DNA from: Macrostomum lignano
Taxonomy: Eukaryota
Length of the DNA stretch: 64,000 bases
Assembly: GCA_002269645.1 (NCBI GenBank)
Contig: NIVC01000146.1
Span: 1 to 64,000, forward strand
Direction of reading: 5' to 3'
In this document: one piece after another, positions 49,411 through 61,079 of the stretch
Position numbering within the stretch: the stretch's first letter is position 1
Layout of the letters: each line of letters starts with the position of its first letter
Notes under the pieces: model-generated
Database searches by the model: none
What the model saw: the letters and a program-made list of their open reading frames with translations, nothing else
Told to the model about the DNA's origin: nothing
Translations under genes and position numbers: made by a program

Positions 49411-50611
49411 ATAATCATAAAATTTAAAACTAATTATTGCAAAATTAACATCCATGTTTTTATAAGATAAAAGGTTTGAAGTTTTAACAAAAATGCACAA
49501 ATTTTACTTCTGTTTTATATATATATAAAAAATGTTATACAAATTTACTATACTCAGGATGATGTCCTGTTGCCTAGAAAATTCCAGCAAATAGAAGCCT
49601 TTTCAATCCAATCTCTAACTATAAAAATCAATTTTTATATATATGCAAATATGGTATAGTTGCAACATAGTAGCGCAACATAAAGCAGCCTGTATAATGG
49701 CTAAAATTCAGTTTCCATGCATTTCAGTGCCAATGCTTTTCAGTACCCAGCATTTTGGTGCCCCAGTTTATTATGCCAAAATGATGATAATAAAAAAGAA
49801 ATCATATAAATATAATAAATACTTTACAAAATGTTTGATATTCCTAATAAAATCAGTATTCATTTTGTTAAACTGGCACATTTCTTAAATTTGGAAAAAT
49901 CTGGTCAATTTAATTGCATGCATTTGCTGTATCCTGTATATACAATATAAGCTGGTTGCACTTAGCAAGCATGCTAATGCTATGAAGACTTAGTTAGGTA
50001 AAGTTGAAATCCATCAATGGTGCTACATGTAGTTTTGATCAAAATTATGAAATGTGATAAGTCTACATGTATTTTGATTAGTATTGATTTTTTTAATCAC
50101 ACAATTGTTTTCTTTTTATAAAACTACATAGGAAGTGAAGCAAGTATTATTTAATGAGCTGAAATCTTTTGGGACATAACTATTGGAGCATAATCTATAA
50201 GATTTTATTACAAACATATTTGGGGCATTAGTTTAAAATTTTGATGCAGCTAAAACATAGCTAGGCCTAGCGACATAGAAGTAAATCAAATTGAATAACC
50301 AAAAACCATTTTTTTAATTAAAAGACCAGGTCAGCTTAACGAAATGAATAATACCTTCATTTTTTAAAGTAAATAAGTACTGCAAAGACAAAGCATTTAT
50401 TATTAAATTAAGGCTCAATTTCTATATTTTGTGTCAAATTCTAATATATAATTTGAGCATCAAAAGGCAAGCTGGGATACAGAAAAATGCTAAGCACTGA
50501 AAAGCACAGGCATTAAAAAGTGTGGATAGGCCTACCTAAAATTCAGTGTGTATCAAATATAAAAAGATAGTAAATGTATATTTCAATTAAAATCTATTGG
50601 ACTAAATTTAA

Positions 50612-50831
50612 GGCAGTTGTTATTTGTCCGGTGACCGGACGAATAGCAATGTGGTTATTTGTCCGGTTACTGGATCCTGACCATGCTTTCCTATTCATCC
50701 GGTTAATACTGGACAAATAGACATTATGTTATTTGTCCAGTTAAATTGATAGTTCCAAAATATATTGTTCATAAAAACCACAAGGGTAAATATTCTTAGA
50801 CTTCAAAGTCACCGGACAAATAACAACTGCC
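50612..50831. mobile_element. PIF/Harbinger-type MITE (220 bp)
   Basis: Perfect 24-bp TIR GGCAGTTGTTATTTGTCCGGTGAC; TAA on both sides (50609-50611, 50832-50834). Confidence 0.88.
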
Positions 50832-51369
50832 TAAATTTAAAAATTTTTAAACTTTCTCATTACATGAATACAACATTTTTAAATTTGTTCTATTGTCTAC
50901 ATTATTTTAATTTTCTTATACTTTAGTAATGTCATTAAAAAATTAGTGATATATAAATTTAAGTACATTCAATGCTTATAAAAATTGACTATATTTTGAT
51001 GCAAGATAAATCTCTATTGCCTGGTGCATGATACATGTATTTTTTGTCTAACCTAAAAATTATCTAGTGCATAGTTCACATGATTCTGACTATGGCAAAT
51101 ATAACTATTTTTCACAGTTTTTAAATCTAATTGAAATTAAATATTAAAATCACTTATCTAATGGTAACATTTCAAAACTGATGATTTGGAGCTTTGCATA
51201 GGCCTAAGCTTTGTACCTGTAAGGTAATGTAGGCCTATCTTTAATATGACTACATTGGTATACACAAAAATGTAGGTAGTTTTTTCATGAGTACATACAA
51301 TGATACAAAGTGTTCTTAATTATAGATTATTTACTATATTATAATTATATTACTTAGCATACTTACTAT

Positions 51370-51658
51370 CATACATGCGCAACCTCCAAAATTCGGTCGG
51401 CCGTGCGACTTAGTTTTAACAAAAATGCGACGTAGTTTTTGGCCAAAAATGCGACTTACATGTAAAAAAACCCTAAAGCAAAATTAACGCAACTTTGGGT
51501 AAACGGCAGGAGTAACTATGACTGTTTTATTAAGCCAAAATGCCTCGTCAGCTACTTAGTACTACTACTTGGGTATTTTTTTAGGTGGACATTTTTGCGA
51601 CTTCCTTGGTTGGCTGCCAAATCAGTCGGCCGGATCGGCCGACTGTTGCGCACGTATG
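51370..51658. mobile_element. 289-bp MITE (hAT- or P-like) with 14-bp TIRs and an 8-bp TSD
   Basis: CATACATGCGCAAC / GTTGCGCACGTATG; TSD cttactat at 51362-51369 and 51659-51666. Confidence 0.88.
51497..51560 (+). pseudogene. 64-bp degenerate fragment of 28S rRNA (helix 69-71 region, R2 target), not a functional rRNA gene
   Basis: gggtaaacggcaggagtaactatgact...agccaaaatgcctcgtcagctacttagt compared with the conserved LSU sequence GGGTAAACGGCGGGAGTAACTATGACTCTCTTAAGGTAGCCAAATGCCTCGTCATCTAATTAGT (recalled). Confidence 0.8.
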
Positions 51659-53323
51659 CTTACTATTATGCTAATAATCAAGTATGAACAATTCATATAG
51701 GCCTATTATCAACTTATACTTTCTACTAGATTATGAGAATGCTATTATAGAGGTTAGGATTATGAATTATTTATTACTACATAGGTAGGTATGGGCAAAC
51801 TAGGTCTGCCTATGCCAAAGCAGCCAAACCAAAACAAATGTGAAGGCAACGCCAGAATGGTGGTCCTGATTCTATAGAACCTAAATGTTGAATTCAATAC
51901 CGGAGCGGTACGCTACGTGGTCAAAACGGAGACGGCATTTCACGACACGCGAAGAGAACTAAGAGGCCTAATCGAAGCAACAGGCTAGGCCCCCGCGGGT
52001 CGCGGCGCGCTGCGCAAGCCAAAAATTTTTAATTTGGTCCGAAAAGCTACAGTACAGTAAAAAAACGTTTAGATTTCACAAAAATACAGTGCTCCCAAAA
52101 TATTAAATTCTTTTTTTTTCTAGTGACTCACACAAATTTTTATTCCTAAGAAGAGGGCTGTCTACTATATCTTGAACAACAGATGTGTTATACTCTTCAA
52201 AAAATGCCGTAACTAATATCTATAGCTGCATCAAGTTGAAAAGCAGTAAAAAGCAAAAACAGACCTTTCGGCCTTACTTTAATTTACTTGTTGGTTGACT
52301 TCCTTTCTATTTTGCTCGCCGTTAGTCTTTTGATTAGACCCATACTTTTGTTTGGCTCTAATCATTAAAAATTTTTTATTACTCGAAACACTTAGTAGAC
52401 TATTATTGTCTTGCGATCTCCGTCTCTCTTCACTCTTCTCTAACGTTCTAAAATTGACGTGTTTGTCTGTTGGAAATCGATCTCCTCCCAAAATACTGGC
52501 AAATCAGCGTTGAAACTTATATGGAAAAATCGAAGATAGGCTATTTAATTTTTTCTCACCTTTTTAAGATCCTCATTTTTAGATCCTCAAGATCCTCAGT
52601 ATTTTAAGATCCTTAAAAGGCAGAAAAGTAGGATTTTCGGCCTACCGCTGCACGTACTGTTTCTCTTTCCAGCGGAGGGAATGCAAGTGTAAGGGCAAGG
52701 CCGACGAGATTTCAGTCAACTCGGGTAGTCGGCCATGCATAGACTTAAAATTGAGGGGTCCAAAATAAATTCAATAGACATCAGCCGCATACACTGAGTG
52801 AACAAACTACGAGCGTATAAGCATTGGTGAGTTTTAAGAATAAGGTGGGGAGATTGAGCTGAGATATCAGATAACTGAGCGAGAGAAAACGGAATTTTCT
52901 ATTGTAGACTGTGCTTGCTCTTACAGGGATTGATGTTTGAAATTTATCGCCTGAAAGATCTTGAGCAGAGCACTGTAAGCTCGTATATAAAGTCTTAATT
53001 TTTTTGCTGGATCCACAAAATTGGAGACGCTGCAGCCAGGAAATTAAAGTTTTGGTCATGTTACACTTTTTTATCAGATGTACATTTTGATAGAGCCATC
53101 ATCGTAGCGGTTAGGGTCGACGATGAGTTCTCTCTCTCTCTCGACACTGTAACTGCGTGCCCTTATTTGTATTGGAAAAAGAGGGTAAAATCAATCAGCT
53201 GCTAAGGAGGGGTTTGAACTTACGCTCGTAATTAATGAAAAAATAGCACATTTTCATACTTGGTACGCGCTTGTAATGATTCGAATAAGATTACGATTGT
53301 ACGCCATAGTACATACGCCATTG

Positions 53324-55166
53324 CAGGGGCGTCGCCATGGATTTTATGGTATTTTATTTTATAAGACAAAGCCAAGAATTCTGTATGTACATGTACATGA
53401 CCAAATTCCTATACGTACATTGTTTTCAGAAATCGGTGTTGTCAGCACTCATTTTAGCGCCGCAGGCACTCATTTTAGCGCCGCAAGTACTTATTTTAGC
53501 GCCGCAGGCACTCATTTTAGCGCCGCAGGCACTCATTTTAGCGTCGCAGGTACTCATTTTAGCGCCGCAGGCACTCATTTTGGCGCTGAGCACTCATTTT
53601 AGCGCCGCAGGCACTCATTTTAGCGCCGCAGGCACTCATTTTAGCGCCGCAGACACTCATTTTAGCACCGCAGGCACTCATTTTAGCACCGCAGGCACTC
53701 ATTTTAGCACCGCAGGCACTCATTTTAGCACCGCAGGCACTCGTTTTAGCGCCGCACACACTCATTTTAGCGCCGCAGGCACTCGTTTTAGCGCCGCAGG
53801 CACTCATTTTAGCACCGCAGGCACTCATTTTAGCGCCGCAGGCATTCATTTTAGCGCGCAGGCACTCATTTTAGCGCCGCAGGCACTCATTTTAGCGTCG
53901 CAGGTACTCATTTTAGCGCCGCAGGCACTCATTTTAGCGCCGCAGGCACTCATTTTAGCGCCGCAGGCACTCATTTTGGCGCTGAGCACTCATTTTAGAT
54001 CCGCAGGCACTTATTTTGGTGTCGCAGGCACTCATTTTAGCGCCGCAGGCACTTATTTTAGCACCGCAGGCACTCATTTTGGCGCTGAGCACTCATTTTA
54101 GCTCCGCAGGCACTTATTTTGGTGTCGCAGGCACTGATTTTAGCGCCGCAGACACTCATTTTAGCGCCGCAGGCACTCATTTTGGCGCTGAGCACTCATT
54201 TTAGCTCCGCAGGCACTTATTTTGGTGTCGCAGGCACTCATTTTAGCGCCGCAGGCACTCATTTTAGCGCCGCAGGCACTCATTTTAGCGCCGCAGGCAC
54301 TCATTTTAGCGTCGCAGGTACTCATTTTAGCACGGCAGGTACTCATTTTAGCGCCGCAGGTACGTATTTTAGCACCGCAGGCACTCATTTTAGCGCCACA
54401 GGCACTCATTTTAGCTCCGCAGGCACTTATTTTGGTGCCGCAGGCACTTATTTTAGCGCCGCAGGCACTCATTTTGGCGCTGAGCACTCATTTTAGCTCC
54501 GCAGGCACTTATTTTGGTGTCGCAGGCACTCATTTTAGCCCCGCAGGCACTCATTTTAGCGCCGCAGGCACTCATTTTAGCGCCGCAGACACTCATTTTA
54601 GCGTCGCAGGCACTCATTTTAGCCCCGCAGGCACTCATTTTGGCGCTGAGCACTCATTTTAGCTCCGCAGGCACTTATTTTGGTGTCGCAGGCACTCATT
54701 TTAGCGCCGCAGGCACTCATTTTAGCGCCGCAGGCACTCATTTTAGCGCCGCAGGCACTCATTTTAGCGTCGCAGGTACTCATTTTAGCACGGCAGGTAC
54801 TCATTTTAGCGCCGCAGGTACGTATTTTAGCACCGCAGGCACTCATTTTAGCGCCACAGGCACTCATTTTAGCGCCGCAGGCACTCATTTTAGCGCCGCA
54901 GGCACTCTTTTTAGCGCCGCAGGCACTCATTTTGGCGCTGAGCACTCATTTTAGCTCCGCAGGCACTTATTTTGGTGTCGCAGGCACTTATTTTGGTGTT
55001 GCAGGCACTTATTTTGGTGTCGCAGGCACTTATTTTGGTGTCGCAGGCGCTATGCTTTGTCGCCCTTCAGCAAAATTATTGATTTCCATAACGGCTCACA
55101 AATTGGGGTGAGGGGACAAAGCATTGGCATGTCCCCCCATATCTTTTACTCGTGGTGACGCCCCTG
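53324..55166. mobile_element. hAT-like non-autonomous element (1.84 kb) carrying an internal tandem array
   Basis: TIRs CAGGGGCGTCGCCAT / GTGGTGACGCCCCTG; flanks acgccattg and ccgccattg (9-bp TSD with one mismatch). Confidence 0.78.
53444..55050. repeat. 22-bp tandem array (gcactcattttagcgccgcag-type) with higher-order blocks
   Basis: Seen directly; marker blocks recur at ~103, 103, 292, 166 and 293 nt spacing. Confidence 0.95.
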
Positions 55167-56421
55167 CCGCCATTGTTTGGGTTTCACGAATGGGATTTAA
55201 TTGAGATGGAGTTCCAGCTTCTAAAACTTCTAACTAACCCGTTCTCCTCTAACGAAGGAGTTGGCCTGACCCTAAGATATATGGAGAGCCAGCTCAATCG
55301 GACTGAGACGATTCTCCCAACTTCTTTCAACCACTAAACAGCTTGAGTGCTCTGTTTGCTCAACAAGGAAAATGCATGGGTTTTTCGCATCATCGCATCA
55401 CCATTACGACATAATGTTTCCTTGACAAGACGTACGTAAGGACACATTAATCGATTCAAGTAATTGAGCATATCAAGTAGGGAGTACAAAATCCCGAGTT
55501 TTGCCAACAGTGGATTTGAAAAGCTTCTAATCTTGGTAGGTGCAATTTTGCCTAACAGTTATCTAATCTGATTAAGGGCTTACAATGATAAAAGTAGAAT
55601 AGAGTAAAATATTTTGCAAATAAGAAACTGACAGTGAGCTCTGAATTGGAGTGTGATGTACAGGCTGGCGTAATAGATGTGCTTTTTTACATGCTCAGGA
55701 ACATCACACTTGAATGTGATGTCACCTGGGGAATGATAGCTTGCAGAGCTACTGGCCCGAGGTACTGATACCAGGTTAGAAGGGGATCAGAGACCTCATC
55801 CTTACATGGGCACCCACCCTACAGATGGAGAATTGGATAGCTTGGGTTGTGATCTGATAGCGAGGTCCTACTGTTCTAATCCCAACTATGACCAAGGAGT
55901 TTTGAAGGTAGGGACTGCTTAAAGTAGTTCTATACATTATTACACCTTAAATCTCGTTACGATCTGCTAACACCCGATTTGTATCCCTGCAGCCCTAGCC
56001 TTTTACTCACAAGCCTGCATGTTTAAAAGATCAATAAATCAAAGCAGGACAACTGGGTTATGATTTTCAATTGTGATCCTGGGATTTAGGCCTAATCGAA
56101 ATCCTGGAATTATATTCCCTAATATCAAGGTATACACAAAGTCAACCTTAGGATACACAAAGACAAACGATCAATCCTCCAATGAAAAAACGAAGGACAT
56201 ATTTAATGTAGCTATAGACATCCAATCGAGGTCCCGAAATTTTGCTGCTTTGCAACCCGAAGTTTGTACATCTACAGTAACATGTAGCACATGTACATGT
56301 ACTTGTGTGCTGCGTAAGCAACTGTTGAAGGGCGACTTGCTGACTCCCACCGCCCCACAACAATGCAGGGATCGGTACTTGCTGATGCACACGTTCCCTA
56401 CCTCAGCAAAGACTCCACCGT

Positions 56422-56777
56422 TTTTTTATTAGAGGCAGGGGGGTTGTGTGCACCCTGGCGCACTTTAAGCGACATAGGCATACAACCGGCGAAAGGCATT
56501 ACTGCCCATTCCGCCGACTCCCCTGAGCAGGCATACAAGCGCGCGGATACGTACGCAGGCACACACTCACACAGGAGTGTACAGCGGCTCTAACTTTATT
56601 TTATCGTTAGGCATGTACACTTCACTGCGCCTTGGGGGGTTGGCTCTCAAGGCCGTTAATTGCACGAGCAGAGAGCCAAGCCGAGATTCCAATTCAGCCC
56701 CAAATTAATGTGACTGCACTTGGAATCGAGCCTGGGTCGCTGGCACACCAGAGCTACCGCTGGGCTACGGCCCCCCT
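56422..56777 (-). mobile_element. Full-length tRNA-derived SINE (family B, 356 bp) with a 13-bp TSD
   Basis: Minus strand starts GGGGGGCCGTAGCCCAGCGGTAG (A-box), then GGCTCGATTCC (B-box), and ends in an A-rich tail; TSD aagactccaccgt at 56409-56421 and 56778-56790. Confidence 0.9.
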
Positions 56778-59064
56778 AAGACTCCACCGTATAGCGCCGA
56801 AGTTCTGATGACAGCGCAGCTGATCCGGGTGAACAGGCGCAATACTGTGACGCTTTTTTGACGCCAAGCTCACATGAATTGTTTCTATCCTGTTATCTTA
56901 AGCTGTGGGTGCAAATAAAAAATATTGAATAAAAAAGGCAATGAAAAGTTAAAGCCTGGATTATTTTCAAGCATTCAACTGCAAGTACGAGCGTATCCTG
57001 CATTCTGCAATACGAGCGTATTTATTGTGTATGGCTCAGAAACACTTAAAGATCACATCATCTGAATTTGTGACTTTCGCGAGTGAATTATTTGAAATGT
57101 AGGGTGCGTTTTGTGCAACTGTGACGCGGGCTCAAAAGAACGCCTGAGGTGGTTCATTCTGAAGACAACGAGGAACAACATGCGTTAATAAAAACTGCAG
57201 GTATACCTTTCCAGTTAAACGAAGTTGAGATGCAAATTAAAACATCACACAAAGTAATCAAAGAAGCTACAAATGCAATGGCACAACAGTCTTACCAACC
57301 AACAGCAACAGCAACAACAACAACATGAAGAGACTCTGGCCAAGGCTGTGCGCTTGTGCTCCGTTCTATGATAAATTTAATCCCATTTACCAGGCGAAAC
57401 AAACAAAAACAATTTTGGCTAACAAGCTGTTTGCCGGACAAAAATTGTCAAACGAAAATTATTAATAAGAAGAAAAAAACTGAAAAAGCAGAAAACCGTG
57501 CATAAATGAATGCTATATTGGCTGGCCTTGTACTTTCGTCGGATTAGTGGAAATAACATATCATAACCATCCAAGAGATCCGTTTGAGCAGAGCGATGGA
57601 AAGTTTGAAAACTACAATAAATTAATTGTTTAGCAAATCGAAACTGGTTTCAGCTGGTAACGAACACGAAATTCACATTTTTATAGAACTGACAGGCGAA
57701 ACAAACTGTTAAAAGCACTACAATTATTCAATAATGGCTATTCATCAAAGGGATTGCAGGATGATTTTAATTCGATATTGCTTTTGCCTCGCCTCCAGTC
57801 AGAAGCAGGTCCGGTTATTCACGCTTCCACACTTCCATAGAAATGCTCAGACGGCGCTCGCGAGTTGCCCAGCTGCCTGCCAGCTTCATTGCTGAGAGCG
57901 GGGCAGTTCAGCGCACGCTGGGACAGCTCAACACGAGCCGAACCCTTCGATTAAATCGTCGGGAGCTCCGATCTGAGATTTCTCCCAATGGAAGTTTTTC
58001 ATCCCTTTATGCGAGACTGATATTCTAGACAACTGGAGGGAGATGGCGAGCACTAATATAAAATAAATTCGATTTTGACACAATAATAATGACAAGCGCA
58101 ATTCGAGCCAAGCTATTTAACTTCTTGCGCGTGTCTGTTATCCATCTATAATACTGGACTTCTAAGCAAAATACGCTGTGATATGCTTAATATTGGTTGC
58201 ACAACCTACGGGCCAAACAAAAGTACATCACTGCTTTCTTGACTGGAAATTTGTACGAATATAACAAATTATATACACTTTCGAAATTATGAATATATAT
58301 CGATCGAAAGAAGGAATAGTTTTTTTTCAAAATCAGGAGAATCTCTGCGCAATATACACTACTTATGAGCAAATAGTTTAAGACTGCCCTTTCGATGAGA
58401 TCGAGGTTAAAAATTCGATCAAAAGATGTACATTGATCAATGTACAATCTCTTTCTATGCTGGGTATAAGGGACAGACTTGGCTGGCTGTGGGGCGTTCA
58501 CGGGGGGATAGAAAACGAATAATGTACATACACGCTCTAGTCTAAACCGATCGATAAATAATGTACATTGAGGAGGACGCTTCCAACCCGCTCAGGAGCT
58601 AAGCATGTGCACATGGGAATGCAGATAAAGATAGGGAACGGGTAAATATGGCCTATCTAAATCCTTTGCAATTATAAAAACAAGCACAGTAGCTAGCGCC
58701 TATCTGTCAATAGAAGAGATTCTAACAGTGAGAATTATTATTTCTAAAGCAGATATTTTCATGCAAAAACATTATCGTGCAAAGCTGAGTGAGCCAACTG
58801 CGCCGCGCATTGGAAAGCGCGAGTTAAATGCGCTTGTTACAGTACCAATAGGGCATTTTATACACTCACAGCGTACCTATAAATTGCTGCTTGCTTAATT
58901 CTTACAGATTCAAAATCATAACTACACAATATTTAACATTTACGGGACAGATCGGATAGATATGACGGCGGAATTTAAGGATTTGATAACCGCAGGTAAT
59001 AAGATTTGAACTACGGTAAGTTTGGCAGTTTAAAGCGCAGTTTAAAGCCCGTCACTTATCCTGT

Positions 59065-60975
59065 CTAGCTGTTGTCAAGCGAGCCGGGGATCGGGGCGGT
59101 TAGCGGCCGGGTTGTTAGGACCGTCTCCGCCGGCCGCAGCATAGCTGGAAGAGTCGCACGGAGCGGCCGAAGGCTCTGGAGCCGGAAGTCGCCTGCTTGT
59201 GCTGCGGTGTGGCGTTGACGCTGGTTACGGCTGTGGGAGGGGGCGATTGACAAGCATAATTATAGATTGCTTGCTGAGTTTTTCCAAGAATGAAATTTTA
59301 TTTGGTCAAGAAGCATAGGGCAGAGCAGCTGAGCGGTAAACGTGTCTGAATCTCGCGCTAAACGACCCCTGGTTCCAAATTTATTTAGGGCTTGTGTGCA
59401 CGACAAATTTCCCGGGTGTTGTGCGGAACGGGTGTAGAGTATTTAGTTAGAAGGCCTAAGTAAATTGTTCTTTTCACATGCGAAAACATTTCTATAAGTA
59501 GCCTCATACAAACATCAATTGTTAATTCTATGAATCAGCCGATCAGAAAGTACTTCATAGGTTACCAAACCATAGACTACCACACCATATATTACTGCAA
59601 CATAGACTACCACAGCATAAACTACCACACCATAGACTACACACCATTTACAACCACACTATGGATTACCACAAAATACACTGCCACACCATAAACTACC
59701 TACCACACCACAGACTACCGCACCATAGACTACTACACCATAGACTTACTACACCATAGATTACTGCACCATAGACTACCACACCACAGACTACCACACC
59801 ACAGACTACCACACCATAGACTACCACACCACAGACTACCACACCACAGACTACCACACCAGAGACTACCACACCACAGACTACTACACCATAGACTACC
59901 ACACCATAGGCTACCACACCATAGACTACCACACCATCGGCTACCACACTACCACACCATAGACTATCATACCATCGGCTACCACACCATCGGCTACCAC
60001 ACCATAGACTACCACACCATCGGCTACCATACCATATACTACCACACCATAGACTACCACACCATCGGCTACCACACTACCACACCATAGACTATCATAC
60101 CATCGGCTACCACACCATCGGCTACCACACCATAGACTACCACACCATCGGCTACCATACCATATACTACCACACCATAGACTACCACACCATCGGCTAC
60201 CACACTACCACACCATAGACTATCATACCATCGGCTACCACACCATCGGCAACCATACCATAGACTACCACACCATAGACTGCTACACCATCGGCTACCA
60301 TACCATAGACTACCACATCATAGACTACTACACCACAGACTACCGCACCATAGAGTAGCTTTAGGATGTGGTGCGCAATAGCAGGGAGGCTGGCTGTAAT
60401 AAATTTTAGTTATTTACCAACCCGAACAGAAGACAGACATCACTCAAAGATCCTGCTTAAAACACTGTCCCCTGCACTGGACAATCTTTTAGAGAATGTA
60501 GGGCAGCTAAATCATCATCAGCTAAAAGACATAAAGGTTTCTTCTGCTTTATAAAAATAGAATTCAATTGTGCGCAGTTTGGCCTAGAACTGCTTCAGGC
60601 CTAACGAGCAGAAGAGAAGAACAGTTAGATCAATAATGCTAAATTGAAACAGGTAATGCAAGAATAGCAGGCAAATGCAGCCGTTTTTCTTGGGATTCCA
60701 ACCATGTAGCGACACCGCAAGCATCGGTCCTTAAAAGCAGCATCTTTTCTGCGTCACCTATTAGTGCGCCGAGGCACACTGGGATTCTTCCGCGTTCGCA
60801 GGAGAAACTTCTTGAAGGTTAGAAGCATTTTGCGTGGAATTGGCAGCAGCAACTGGGCTGTGGGGGGGAGGCATGCGAGCGACTCTCGGTGGGAAATAAC
60901 AGTCTGCGCACTTAACAGATTCGGCAGAGATTGGTAGTCCATGAACTGGAGATCCCAGGCTAAGATAGCCAAAGT
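59065..60975 (-). CDS. Possible last two exons (60975..60758, 59230..59065) of an unidentified gene
   Basis: Both have polypyrimidine-AG acceptors, there is a GT donor at 60757, and the phases are compatible and open to TAG at 59065. No recognisable domain. Confidence 0.3.
59568..60352. repeat. ~15-bp minisatellite (ccatagactaccaca) with a 128-bp higher-order period distally
   Basis: Seen directly; an identical block starts at 59934, 60062 and 60190. Confidence 0.93.
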
Positions 60976-61079
60976 CTTGAAAAAGTAAATAGAAAAACAG
61001 ATTGACCAGGAATGCACGGCTAATCTCTTGTGTCCGTGAATGAATGATTCTTTTCTAAATGTGTGACAGCTTCCTTTCG

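Larger units (their letters stand above)
47502..49430 (-). mobile_element. Third, longer and more diverged copy of the Helitron-like family
   Basis: Starts actagcaatcagcacccccattggggagcc like the 22241 arm; ctaaccctaaccctaa at 47972-47987; continues into sequence homologous to 23140-23395. The far boundary is approximate. Confidence 0.55.

Noticed and set aside
59316-59385. tRNA gene
   Set aside because: Only loose A-box and B-box resemblance; I could not fold a cloverleaf. More likely a decayed SINE head.
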